DNA of 64,000 nucleotides from an uncultured Sphingomonadales bacterium (GCA_964590595.1 CAZPXQ010000001.1:198410-262409); one strand, 5' to 3'. Numbered from the stretch's first letter, positions 42,008 to 51,466 are shown. The notes: generated from the sequence alone by a model not told the origin. Made by a program: numbers and translations.

Positions 42008-42207
42008 GGACAGCCTCCCCTGCGCATGCTATCATGCCTCCTTGCTTGCTTAGCGAAAAACCGCGCTGAACAATAGCAATGTTGGTGGCGTGCATTGCTG
42101 CCGCAAAGCGGGTGTCTAAGAAAACTGTGCGATTTGAGAGTGTCGCGCCGGCGCGGAATCGGGAATGCTGCAGTTTGAGAGTCTCTATCAGGTGAAAGGG
42201 GAGAGCG

Positions 42208-42969
42208 ATGGATCTGGGTTTGAAGGGTAAGAAGGCGATTTTGGCCGGCGCGTCGAAGGGCATTGGCTTTGCCACCGCCAAGGTGCTGGCGGGCGAAGGG
42301 TGCGACGTGGCGATTTGCTCGCGCAGTCAAGACAGTGTCGATGCCGCGGTCAAGACGTTGTCGGCCCTGGGCGTCAAGGCGTTTGGCGCCGCGGTCGATG
42401 CCGGCAATTCCGAAGCCTACCGCGCTTGGATCGACGACGCGGCCAAGCAATTGGGTGGCTGCGATATTTTCGTGCCTTTCCCGTCCGGCGGCGGTGGCCA
42501 GGACACCGAAGAGGAATGGCGCAAGGGTCTGGACCTCGACATCATGGGCACGCACCATGGCGTTCACGCCGCCTTGCCGCATCTGCGGGAGTCAAAGTCC
42601 GGCGCCATCGTTGCCATCGCGTCGACCGCCGCGTTGGAAGAATTTCTCGGCGTCATGCCTTATAATGCGATCAAGGCGGCGATCATTCGCTATGCCAATT
42701 CGCTGGCGCAGAATCTGGCGCCGGAAGGCATCCGCGTCAACACCGTGTCGCCAGGGCCAGTGTTCATCGAGGGCGGCGCCTGGGACAATATCAAGGAGCA
42801 CATGCCTGAACTGTATGAAGGCACCGTCGCGCAAGTGCCGATGGGCCGGCTGGGCAATGGCGATGAAGTCGCCCGCGCCATCGCCTTTGTCGCATCGCCG
42901 GCTTGCCAATTCATGAACGGTGCCAATATCGTGATCGACGGTTGCTATACCAAGGGCGTGCAATATTAG
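42208..42969 (+). CDS. SDR-family oxidoreductase
   Basis: Motifs GASKGIG, Y-x3-K (YNAIKAA) and PGPV. Confidence 0.88.
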   Translation: MDLGLKGKKAILAGASKGIGFATAKVLAGEGCDVAICSRSQDSVDAAVKTLSALGVKAFGAAVDAGNSEAYRAWIDDAAKQLGGCDIFVPFPSGGGGQDTEEEWRKGLDLDIMGTHHGVHAALPHLRESKSGAIVAIASTAALEEFLGVMPYNAIKAAIIRYANSLAQNLAPEGIRVNTVSPGPVFIEGGAWDNIKEHMPELYEGTVAQVPMGRLGNGDEVARAIAFVASPACQFMNGANIVIDGCYTKGVQY

Positions 42970-43018
42970 GCGATCACCGCCTCGAACAATAACAACACGG
43001 GTTTAGCGGAGTGCGGTC

Positions 43019-43792
43019 ATGACCGATCAGATCAGGCGCAAGATCAATTGCGTGCTCATTGCCGGCGGCAAATATCATGATATCGATTTTGCCAGGCTGG
43101 AGCTGTTGAAGCTGCTGGCGGAAGATGACCGCATCCGCACCCGTGTGTTCGAGGATTACGACAATATTCCGGCGCTGGAAGCCGCCGATTTCATCATCAG
43201 CTATACCTGCGACGTGGTGCCGTCGGTGCCGGCGCAGGAGGCCTTGCGGGCGCTGCTGGCCAAGGGCGTGCGCTGGTATGCGCTGCATGGCACCAATTCG
43301 ATCCTGCGGCTGATGGACAATGGGCTTTATGGCGGCCCACGCTGGACGCCCTTGTTCATGGAAACCCTGGGCACGCAATTCCAGGCGCACCCGCCGATCG
43401 CGCCCTATCGGGTGGAGGTGGTGCAGCCCGACCATGAGCTGGTCAAGGGCATCGCGCCGTTCGAGACCACCGATGAACTTTATCTGATGGACATTCACGG
43501 GCCGCTGGATGTGTTGCTGGAAACCGAATTTGAAGGCGCCGCTGACGGTTTTGAAATGAACCGTTGGGACAAGGCTAAGCATCCGGTGTTTTATATCAAG
43601 CCCTTGGGCAAGGGTGCGGTGCTGTACAATACGCTGGGCCATTGCCGCGGCCATTATGACATGCAGCCGCATCTCGACTACTGGCCGGATGTTGACCGCT
43701 GTTCATGGGAATTGCCGGTCTATTATGAGCTGCTGCGGCGCGGCATCAATTGGGTCAAGGCGCCGTGTGTGGCGGTCGAGCAAACCGCCTGA
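43019..43792 (+). CDS. ThuA-like (class I glutamine-amidotransferase-like) domain protein
   Basis: 257-aa ORF with coding-like composition. The general pattern resembles ThuA-domain proteins. Family call is tentative. Confidence 0.5.
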   Translation: MTDQIRRKINCVLIAGGKYHDIDFARLELLKLLAEDDRIRTRVFEDYDNIPALEAADFIISYTCDVVPSVPAQEALRALLAKGVRWYALHGTNSILRLMDNGLYGGPRWTPLFMETLGTQFQAHPPIAPYRVEVVQPDHELVKGIAPFETTDELYLMDIHGPLDVLLETEFEGAADGFEMNRWDKAKHPVFYIKPLGKGAVLYNTLGHCRGHYDMQPHLDYWPDVDRCSWELPVYYELLRRGINWVKAPCVAVEQTA

Positions 43793-43801
43793 GCGCTGGC
43801 C

Positions 43802-44167
43802 TTAGCTGAACTGGGTTTGCACCGGCATATGTTCCGGGCCGGGCTTTGCGTCCGGCACCGCCACCTCGATCCAGCCATCGTCGCTGACCCGCAGCGGGAA
43901 GGTCATCAAATCGCGGTAATTCTGGCCGCCCAGGCATTTGCCGGTGGCAAGTTGAAAGCGCGCGCCATGCAGCGGGCAAATCACCGCGCCGCGCCGCACC
44001 CGGCCGCCAGCCAGCGCCGCCGCCGCATGGGTGCAGCGATTGATTACGGCGAACAGTTCATCGCCCTGGCGCGCCACCAGCACCGGCCAGTCGTTGAGAA
44101 TGACGGCGACGCTTTGTTGGTCGGCCAAATCGGCGGCCGGCAGGGCGCGATGATAAGTCTCGGTCAT
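43802..44167 (-). CDS. Rieske [2Fe-2S] domain protein (small ferredoxin / NirD-like)
   Basis: C-x-H ... C-x2-H ligands: CTHAAA...CPLHGARF. Confidence 0.85.
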   Translation of the reverse strand: MTETYHRALPAADLADQQSVAVILNDWPVLVARQGDELFAVINRCTHAAAALAGGRVRRGAVICPLHGARFQLATGKCLGGQNYRDLMTFPLRVSDDGWIEVAVPDAKPGPEHMPVQTQFS

Positions 44168-44215
44168 GGCAAATCCATTTCTTGGTCGGCTGCGTTGTAG
44201 CGAAATGCGCCGGCT

Positions 44216-45334
44216 TCAGCAAGCCGGCGGCGCGGCATAGGTGGCCAGCTCGCGCTCTGGCGGGCCGAACAGCGCCGCCAGCAACAGCAGCCGTTTATAG
44301 GCATGGCCGATGATCAGTTCGTCGGTCACGCCCATGGCACCGTGGAATTGCACGCATTCCTCGGCCAGATGAATGGCGGCGTCGGCGATGAAGCTTTTGG
44401 CGCCGATTCGGGCCTGGCGCGCGGTGGCTTCGGCTTCGCCATTCAGACTGGCGGCGCGATAGAGATGCGAGCGGCTCAGCTCCAGCTTGACATACAGTTC
44501 GACAGCGCGGTGCTGGATCGCCTGGAATTGGCCAATCGCCATGCCGAATTGCTTGCGGCTGCGGATATAGTCCAAAGTCTGGGTAAATAGCATGTCCATC
44601 AGCCCAACCATCTCGGCGCTGATTGCGAGCCGGGCAAGGTCGAGCGTGTCTTCAAATGCATCCCATCCGCCGGGCAGTGCCTCGGCCTTGACGTCGCTTA
44701 GGCGCAGGGCGCAAGCAACCGAACCATCGGTCAGCCGATAGCGCTGGATGGTCAGGCCCGGTGCGTCGGCCGCCACCCAATAAAAGCGAATCGCCGCCCG
44801 ATCGCCAAGCTTGGCCTGTTTGTCGCGCGCCGAGACGATGAAGGCATTGGCGCCGCCGCCCAGCACCAAGCTTTTCTGGCCCGACAACAGCGTGTCCGCG
44901 CCACGCGCGCGGGCGGTGGTGTCGACATAGGCCAGATCATGGCGGGCCTCGCGTTCAATATGCGCCAGCGCGACATGCTGGCTGCCGTCAATGATGGCGG
45001 GCAGCCAGCGCTCAAGCTGCTCGGCGCTGCCCGCCCGCGCCAACAGACCGCCTGCCAGCAAAGGCCCGGCCAGCACCGGTTCCACCGCCACGCCCGCGCC
45101 GAGGGCCTGCATCATCACCATGATTTCAACCGGGCCGCCGTCCATGCCGCCATGATCGGCGGCAAAGGGCAGCGCCAAAACGCCCATCTCGGCCAGCATC
45201 CGCCAGCCTTCCGGATCGAAGCCCGATTCATGCTGCAAATACGCCGCGCGCGTGGCGGTGTCATAGCGGTCCTTAACGAATCGCTCGATCAAATTGCGCA
45301 ACAGCGTTTGCTCTTCGCTCAGCTCGAAATCCAA
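44216..45334 (-). CDS. Acyl-CoA dehydrogenase family protein
   Basis: 372 aa with the ACAD N/M/C domain pattern and a C-terminal region QFHGAMGVTDE. Confidence 0.88.
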   Translation of the reverse strand: MDFELSEEQTLLRNLIERFVKDRYDTATRAAYLQHESGFDPEGWRMLAEMGVLALPFAADHGGMDGGPVEIMVMMQALGAGVAVEPVLAGPLLAGGLLARAGSAEQLERWLPAIIDGSQHVALAHIEREARHDLAYVDTTARARGADTLLSGQKSLVLGGGANAFIVSARDKQAKLGDRAAIRFYWVAADAPGLTIQRYRLTDGSVACALRLSDVKAEALPGGWDAFEDTLDLARLAISAEMVGLMDMLFTQTLDYIRSRKQFGMAIGQFQAIQHRAVELYVKLELSRSHLYRAASLNGEAEATARQARIGAKSFIADAAIHLAEECVQFHGAMGVTDELIIGHAYKRLLLLAALFGPPERELATYAAPPAC

Positions 45335-45521
45335 TCTCGCTCTCCATCAAGCCGGCCCCGCGGGGATTGCCGGGTCCACGCCTTATCCGTGTTTTTCCTT
45401 TAGCAAAGCGTCGGCCAGGATGCGTCCTGCAGTTTATGCTAGGGTTGCGCAGTGCCGCCAAAGCAGTGTCGGGTTTGTAAACAATGCTGGCGTCGCTGGT
45501 GCTTTTGCGGTAACATGCGTT

Positions 45522-46421
45522 ATGCGAAAATATGTCAATCCCAACCAAGGGATGCGTGAAGTGACGGGCCAAACACGCAATGATCGCGCGGCACCTGTGG
45601 GTCGCGCAGCACAGGATGATCGCGCAACACGCGATACCCAGTCTTGTGGTAACGCCACGCCCAAAACGGCGATTCGTTGTATTGAGGATGTGGGTCCCGC
45701 CGCCGAGGCCTTGCGCGACATCGCCCGCGACACGGCGGGCCTGCGGGTTGCCGCCTGCGCTAATATCGCCGCCAAGGAACCGATGGCCGATGGCCAGGGC
45801 AATATTTTGGCGGCCACGGTGTTCGGTTGGCCGGACCAGGAAGAATGCTGGTGGAAGAAGCCGATTCTGGCGCTGAATTCGCCGTTGCCCATTGCTTGCC
45901 GCTATGAGGCGGAAGCCTTTTGGTGCAATGCCGACGGCATCTATCTGCGCTATCCCAATGAATTGCTAGACGATCTCGACTTGTCCAATTTCACGTCCTT
46001 CGTCAATGCGCCGGCGGCGATCGTGGTGCCGGTGCATTTGCCGTTCGGGCAGATCGGCGCCGTCAGCTTCTCGCCGTTGGACAATGACCGCAGTGATTTA
46101 GGCGAAGAGTTCGAGCAATTCGGCCATGTGCTGGAAGTCCATGCCCGGCGTTTCATCACCGGCTATGTCAAGGTGATGACGCGGCGGCCTTGGGTGCCTT
46201 CGAATTTCCGGTTGTCCAAGCGCGAGGTGGAATGCCTGCGTTGGGCCGCCGCCGGTAAGACCGATTATGAAATCTCGCTGATCATTTCCCGCAGTTGTGC
46301 CACCGTGCGTTTTCATATCCAAAACGCCGCACGCAAATTGCAGGCGGTCAACCGTAGCCAAACCGTGTTCAAGGCGGCACAGCTTGGCTATTTGGGCGAC
46401 GTGGCCGTGGCCGCCGCGTGA
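45522..46421 (+). CDS. LuxR-family transcriptional regulator (autoinducer-binding-like N-domain plus LuxR HTH), solo
   Basis: C-terminal LSKREVECLRWAAAGKTDYEISLIISRSCATVRFHIQNAARKL. The N-terminal region resembles an autoinducer-binding domain. The start is uncertain (45522, 45552 or later). Confidence 0.75.
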   Translation: MRKYVNPNQGMREVTGQTRNDRAAPVGRAAQDDRATRDTQSCGNATPKTAIRCIEDVGPAAEALRDIARDTAGLRVAACANIAAKEPMADGQGNILAATVFGWPDQEECWWKKPILALNSPLPIACRYEAEAFWCNADGIYLRYPNELLDDLDLSNFTSFVNAPAAIVVPVHLPFGQIGAVSFSPLDNDRSDLGEEFEQFGHVLEVHARRFITGYVKVMTRRPWVPSNFRLSKREVECLRWAAAGKTDYEISLIISRSCATVRFHIQNAARKLQAVNRSQTVFKAAQLGYLGDVAVAAA

Positions 46422-46493
46422 ACGCGCGGCACGCGGGGGCCAGCGACTTTCCTTTCAACCGTATCGCAATCATCAATCAAAAAGGGACAAGCC

Positions 46494-46955
46494 ATGATCA
46501 ACGGCATTCACCATGTCGCTTTGTCGACACCCAATCTGGAACGGATCCTGAAATTTTATCGCGACGCCTTGGGCTTCAAGGAAATCAGCCGCGTGAGCTG
46601 GCCCCAGGGATCGGATGTGATTGACGAAATCGTCGGCTTGAAAGGCAGCGCCGCCGACACCGTGATGCTGAGCGCGGGCAATGCGGTGATCGAGTTTTTC
46701 CAATATCACAGTCCGGATCCGCAAGGTGAACAGCGGCCGCGCAACGCCAATGATCGTGGCTATACCCATTTCTGCATCGACGTCACCGACATCGACAGCG
46801 AATATGAACGCTTGAAGGCTGCGGGTGCCACCTTCCAGTCGTCACCGCAGGATTTTGGCACGCTGAAAGCCACCTATGGCCGTGATCCCGATGGCAATAT
46901 CTTCGAGATCCAGGAACTGGTCGGCGCCGAACATCCCTTGCGCGTGGTTGGCTGA
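46494..46955 (+). CDS. VOC / glyoxalase-bleomycin-resistance-dioxygenase family protein
   Basis: N-terminus INGIHHVALSTPNLERILKFYRDALGF. 153 aa. Confidence 0.85.
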   Translation: MINGIHHVALSTPNLERILKFYRDALGFKEISRVSWPQGSDVIDEIVGLKGSAADTVMLSAGNAVIEFFQYHSPDPQGEQRPRNANDRGYTHFCIDVTDIDSEYERLKAAGATFQSSPQDFGTLKATYGRDPDGNIFEIQELVGAEHPLRVVG

Positions 46956-46988
46956 CGCCGCCGGGCCGGCGCCCGGGCATTGCAACGG

Positions 46989-47789
46989 TCATTGTCGTCC
47001 CACCAGTGCATGATGCGCCTCAAACAGGGGCGTGACATCGCGCCCCTCGATGAACAAGGCGGTGGCATCGCCATCCGCCGCCTTGCCGATCCGCTGGACA
47101 ATGAAATCCAACCGCCGGATGGTGTTGTTCTTGCGCAGCGCCAACAAGGCGCCGCCCTTGCCATGGCGCATCGCGGCTTTGACGGTGATGGCCACGGTTG
47201 CGGCGGTGTCGGCATCGCCCCAGAGCCGTGGGCTGCTTAAGGAGCGCTGCATCAGGTCTTCGCGGGGGCGGTCGAAAAATTCGCCGCCGCAGGCATTGAT
47301 TTCCAGCATGTGGGCCTCGGCATCCGCCAAGATCAAGATCGCCGATGAGGTTTCAAACAATCCGCGAAATTTGCGCTCCGACGTCCGCAGTCGCGCTTCA
47401 TAGGCGTGCCGTTCGCTCAAATCGCGGATAATGGCGCTGAAGCGGGCTGGCCCTGGCGCGCGGTGCGCCAGAATGGAAATCTCAAGCGGCACTTCGCGGC
47501 CGTCCTTGGTCAACCCGAACAGCGTGCGCCGGTCGTTCATGAACTTGGCATGGACCCGCGATTCGGCAAAGGCTTCGATATGCGCGGCATGACCGGCGCG
47601 GACGGCTGGCGGCAACAGTTGGTCAAGCGCCATGCCCAGGGCTTGGGCGCGGGGGTAGCCAAACAACGCTTCTGCAGCGTCATTGAACAGGCAGATCCGT
47701 AATTGATTGTCCAGCGAGATGATGGCGTTCGCCGAATCGGCAATAATCTCTTCATACTGCGCGCGTGGCGATGGAATCTGTACCGACAT
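46989..47789 (-). CDS. Tandem PAS-domain protein with no output domain
   Basis: Two PAS-like repeats (ANAIISLDNQLRICLFNDAAEALFGY...; SSAILILADAEAHMLEINA...). 266 aa. Confidence 0.75.
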   Translation of the reverse strand: MSVQIPSPRAQYEEIIADSANAIISLDNQLRICLFNDAAEALFGYPRAQALGMALDQLLPPAVRAGHAAHIEAFAESRVHAKFMNDRRTLFGLTKDGREVPLEISILAHRAPGPARFSAIIRDLSERHAYEARLRTSERKFRGLFETSSAILILADAEAHMLEINACGGEFFDRPREDLMQRSLSSPRLWGDADTAATVAITVKAAMRHGKGGALLALRKNNTIRRLDFIVQRIGKAADGDATALFIEGRDVTPLFEAHHALVGRQ

Positions 47790-47836
47790 GGTTGTGAGGG
47801 CCCGGTTGGTATTGAAGAAAAGTAGGGGCGGGCGGC

Positions 47837-49165
47837 CTAAGCCGCCCGCACCCGAGCCAGAAAACTGTCCACGGTTTCCCGCAGCAGTGACGCCTGGGTC
47901 TCCAGATTATTGCTCGCATTCAGCACTTGATCGGCCACGATTTTTGTTTCTTGCGAGGTCTGGTTAACTTCGGCGATCTTCTGTGAGACTTCTGCCGTAC
48001 CGGTTGCCGCCTGTTGGACATTGCTGGCAATTTCACGCGTGGCGCCAGTTTGTTGTTGGATCGCCGACGCCATTGTCGACGCCGATTGGTCAAGCTCGGT
48101 AATCAGCTTTTCAATCGCGTTCACCGCGCCGACCGAGCTTGTCGCCGCCGACTGAATAGCGGCGATCTGAGCGGCGATGTCGCCGGTCGCCTTTTCGGTT
48201 TGGCCGGCCAAATTTTTGACCTCCGCCGCGACCACGCTGAAGCCCTTGCCGGCCTCGCCGGCGCGGGCGGCCTCGATGGTGGCGTTCAAGGCCAGTAATT
48301 TAGTTTGCGTCGCGATCTTGTTGATCAACACCACAACTTCGTCAATCTTGCGGGCCGATGCGGACAATGCACCCATTTGCTCGCTGGTGTCATTGGCGCT
48401 GGTCACCGCTTGCCCCGCCAGCTTCGCCGAACTTTCGACCTGCCGCGCGACCTCATCGATCGAGGAGGATAATTCCTCGGTCGCCGCCGCAACCGTCTGA
48501 ACATTGGTCGACGCTTCCTCCGATGCCGCCGCCACCACGGTCGAGCGTTCGGTCATATGGTCGGCCGCCGCGCTCAATTGATTGGCGCTGGCGCCCAATT
48601 GAGTGCGGGCTTCGCCAACCGTCGACAACACGCCGCCTAACGTCGTTTCGAAGTCCGAGATCGCGGCATCGACCTCGCGTTGGCGGCTGGCGCGTTCTTC
48701 CAGCAACGCGTCCTGATAGGTAGAAATCGCCAATTCGATATCCAGCAGCACCGCCTTGACGATCGCTGCCAGTGTCGCGGGCAAGTCCTGCCGATCATGG
48801 CCGCTGGCGCAAGCCACGCCGATCAACCGGGCCAACACATAAGTATAGCCGGTAATGTACCAACGCGGCTCCAGGCCAATGCGGTTGTGGGTTAAGCCGA
48901 TGGTGCGCACGCCTTGCATATAGGCATCGTCGAAGCGGCCGGAAAAAAGCCGCTCCCAGTGGCTGCTCTGGGCTTTTTTCAAGCGCGGCGTTTGTTCGCC
49001 AATCATCCGCGCCATGTCCGGCGCGCTGGTGACATGGCGGTAAAAACCGTCCAGGATATCCGGCAAATGCTGCTGCAAGGTTGGCCAGAAATCGGCCAGC
49101 AAACGCCCAGTGTCGGCGTCGATTTCCATATAGTGCAAACGTGAATCGCGATCGATGGTAGACAT
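47837..49165 (-). CDS. Soluble globin-coupled methyl-accepting chemotaxis protein (HemAT-like aerotaxis transducer)
   Basis: N-terminal sensor globin with B10 Tyr (GFYRHV) and the proximal-His motif IGLTHNRIGLEPRWY. C-terminal MCP signalling domain (LLALNATIEAARAGEAGKGFSVVAAEVKNLA). No TM segments. ATG at 49165 with GGGAGGGGAA upstream. Confidence 0.88.
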   Translation of the reverse strand: MSTIDRDSRLHYMEIDADTGRLLADFWPTLQQHLPDILDGFYRHVTSAPDMARMIGEQTPRLKKAQSSHWERLFSGRFDDAYMQGVRTIGLTHNRIGLEPRWYITGYTYVLARLIGVACASGHDRQDLPATLAAIVKAVLLDIELAISTYQDALLEERASRQREVDAAISDFETTLGGVLSTVGEARTQLGASANQLSAAADHMTERSTVVAAASEEASTNVQTVAAATEELSSSIDEVARQVESSAKLAGQAVTSANDTSEQMGALSASARKIDEVVVLINKIATQTKLLALNATIEAARAGEAGKGFSVVAAEVKNLAGQTEKATGDIAAQIAAIQSAATSSVGAVNAIEKLITELDQSASTMASAIQQQTGATREIASNVQQAATGTAEVSQKIAEVNQTSQETKIVADQVLNASNNLETQASLLRETVDSFLARVRAA

Positions 49166-49386
49166 GACTTCCCCTCCCAAAATGGTGAGGCCATGCTCGC
49201 AAAAATCGTAAAAACTTCTCTAAAGTAAACAGCCCAAAAACCATAACAATTGTTGTAGGAAAATGACCGGTTCGGTCTTGAAAACTATCCAGCAGCTTTT
49301 GCACTGCGCCCATAAGGCGCAAAACGCTACATTGCAGCCGTAACAGTATGTTGGATATCCAGGCAGAGGCGGCCAGCGCTTGTGCG

Positions 49387-50097
49387 CTAGCCCAGATCGG
49401 GAGCGTAGCGCATCGCTGTTTCCGTTAGGGCCGCAAAGTTAATAATGAGCCCGTCTGGGGTGCGACGCATCAAACCCTGTTCCTCGAAATCGGCGACCAG
49501 CCGGCCAGCATGAACCGATGTAATGCCAACCAATTCGCCCAGCATCTTGGTTTTCAGCGGCAGTATAGTATCGGTCAGTTGCTCTTGTTTCATCACTCGT
49601 GCCAGCTTGCGGTACAACGCGAGCAGCACGCACAACATGCCTTCCTTGGCCGACAGCGCGCCTAGCGCCACGGTCAGGGTTTCGCAACGTTTGAGAACAG
49701 CGCCGATCCTGTCGAAAAAAACCTCCAGGGTTTGCGGGTGGCGTCGCAGGAACCCTTGCAATTCATCGATATGAAAACTGCAATATTCAACATCGCTGAT
49801 CGCGCGCAAAGTCAGGCTGGACTCGGCGCTGAATACGCGGCTCAAGGGCGCGACGTCGCCTGGCGCCAGAATATCGGTGATCTTGACGCGGCCATCGGGC
49901 ACCATGCCAAATTGTGACGCCCAACCCAGGCGAACGATATGAATGTGCTTGCCGCTGCGCGACCAGTCCAACAAGGCCTTGGCCGGCGCCTTTTTAGGGC
50001 CGATCCGCAAGGCCTCATATTCCGATAATTGTGTCTGGTTGACAAATTGGCAAAAGCCATTTTTGCGAACCGGACAGGTTTCACACTGCATCGCCAT
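49387..50097 (-). CDS. Crp/Fnr-family regulator with FNR-type cysteine ligands
   Basis: C5-x2-C8-x7-C16 plus C106, and a C-terminal HTH (ELVGITSVHAGRLV). Lower G+C than its neighbours. Confidence 0.8.
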   Translation of the reverse strand: MAMQCETCPVRKNGFCQFVNQTQLSEYEALRIGPKKAPAKALLDWSRSGKHIHIVRLGWASQFGMVPDGRVKITDILAPGDVAPLSRVFSAESSLTLRAISDVEYCSFHIDELQGFLRRHPQTLEVFFDRIGAVLKRCETLTVALGALSAKEGMLCVLLALYRKLARVMKQEQLTDTILPLKTKMLGELVGITSVHAGRLVADFEEQGLMRRTPDGLIINFAALTETAMRYAPDLG

Positions 50098-50385
50098 GCC
50101 CCCCGGCCTTGACGCCGGCCTTGCAGCGACCGGTACACAACAGATACGCTAGCGCATTTAACAGGACATGATTTATTGGCGGGGACAAATCAGAATTATT
50201 GAACATATGTAATAAAATCTTCACGGGTGCTGGTCTCTATCCTATTCAATTTACATTGGAAACATTTTGTCTTGCATATACTGGAACAATCATCGATTGG
50301 CGTGGCCTCGGCATTGATAGATCGATATCGAATTGTTTTACGGGCCGGCGCGACGATCGGGTCACAAACAATGAGGGGGTAGGGT

Positions 50386-51321
50386 ATGATTTTTTCATTG
50401 TGCGCGAATCCGGCCGTCGATCTTGCCGCCGAGGCCGACGCGGTGGTGGCGACGGTGAAGCTGCGCTGCAGTCGGCCGCGGGTCGACCCCGGCGGTGGTG
50501 GGGTCAATGTCGCGCGGGTGCTGACGCGCCTGGGCGCCGAATGTCGGGCGGTGGCGCCCATCGGCGGTGCCGATGGCGCCCGGCTGTGCCGGATTTTGGC
50601 CGATGAGGGAGTCGCACTTGAGGCGGTGCCAATTGCCGGCGACACCCGCCAAAGCCTGACAATCTTGGACCGCCAACATCATCAGCAATATCGCTTCGTG
50701 TTTCCCGGCCCCGAGCTGGCGGCGGCCGAATGGCGGGCGTGCCTGGCGCGGCTTGAGGCCGTGGCCGGGCCGGGCGATGATATTATCGCCAGCGGCAGCC
50801 TGGCGCCGGGCATGCCGGACGATTTTTATGCCCAGGTCGCCGCCAAGGCCAAGGCCCGCGGCGCCCGGCTGGTGCTTGACACATCGGGCGCGGCGCTCAA
50901 GGCGGCTTTGGACCATGGGGTGTATCTGGTGAAACCGAATTTGCGCGAGCTGGGCGACCTGTTGGGCCAGCCGCTGACCAGCGCCCAGGCTTGGGAGCAA
51001 GCTGCTTGCGATTTGGTGGCAGCGGGCCGGGCCGAGATTGTCGCCCTCAGCCTGGGCCCGGCGGGGGCATTTATCGCCACGCCCGGTCAAAGGCTGCGGG
51101 TGCGGGCGTTGGACGTTGCGGTCAAGACCGCGGTCGGCGCTGGCGACAGCTTTCTCGCCGCCTTCATCCATGGTCTGACCCAGCCCAATTCCAGCCTGGC
51201 CGATGCCGCCCGCGCCGCCATCGCTGCCGGCAGTTCCGCACTGATGCGTGGCGGTACCAGTCTGGCCATGGCCGCCGACATCGTTGACTTGGCGGCCCAG
51301 GTCCACATCGAGGCCTGCTGA
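50386..51321 (+). CDS. PfkB-family sugar / 1-phosphofructokinase-like kinase
   Basis: Motifs NPAVD, GGGGVNVARV and C-terminal GAGDSF. Confidence 0.85.
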   Translation: MIFSLCANPAVDLAAEADAVVATVKLRCSRPRVDPGGGGVNVARVLTRLGAECRAVAPIGGADGARLCRILADEGVALEAVPIAGDTRQSLTILDRQHHQQYRFVFPGPELAAAEWRACLARLEAVAGPGDDIIASGSLAPGMPDDFYAQVAAKAKARGARLVLDTSGAALKAALDHGVYLVKPNLRELGDLLGQPLTSAQAWEQAACDLVAAGRAEIVALSLGPAGAFIATPGQRLRVRALDVAVKTAVGAGDSFLAAFIHGLTQPNSSLADAARAAIAAGSSALMRGGTSLAMAADIVDLAAQVHIEAC

Positions 51322-51396
51322 GCCGGCGATTGCCACGAGGCTCCGATCAAGGCGCTTGCCAAGTGCGGGATGGCACGGTACATGCTAGGCAAAGGG

Positions 51397-51432
51397 CATC
51401 ATATAAGGATATCGTAATATCTTTATGTGATG
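51397..51432 (+). promoter_or_regulatory. 36-bp AT-rich near-perfect inverted repeat upstream of metK
   Basis: CATCATATAAGGATAT-CGTA-ATATCTTTATGTGATG, with 14 of 16 arm positions complementary. It ends 34 nt before the metK ATG. Confidence 0.45.
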
Positions 51433-51466
51433 TCGCAGAGCAGCCGCAGCGACCAAGGACAGCGAC

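Noticed and set aside
50098-50385. FNR/FixK box (TTGAT-N4-ATCAA) in the spacer between the Crp/Fnr gene and the pfkB-family gene. Also the ORFs 50196..50645 (-) and 50199..50606 (+).
   Set aside because: Only half-site-like TTGAT sequences and short palindromes (CGATATCG, CATATG) are present, with no full box. The two ORFs run from the AT-rich spacer into the kinase gene and have implausible composition.
51322-51466. Possible SAM-II or SAM/SAH riboswitch upstream of metK.
   Set aside because: I could not find the conserved cores I remember for these classes, for example the CAACGGC-type loop of SAM/SAH. The structure is kept only as an unexplained palindrome and hairpin finding, and an Infernal/Rfam scan is needed.
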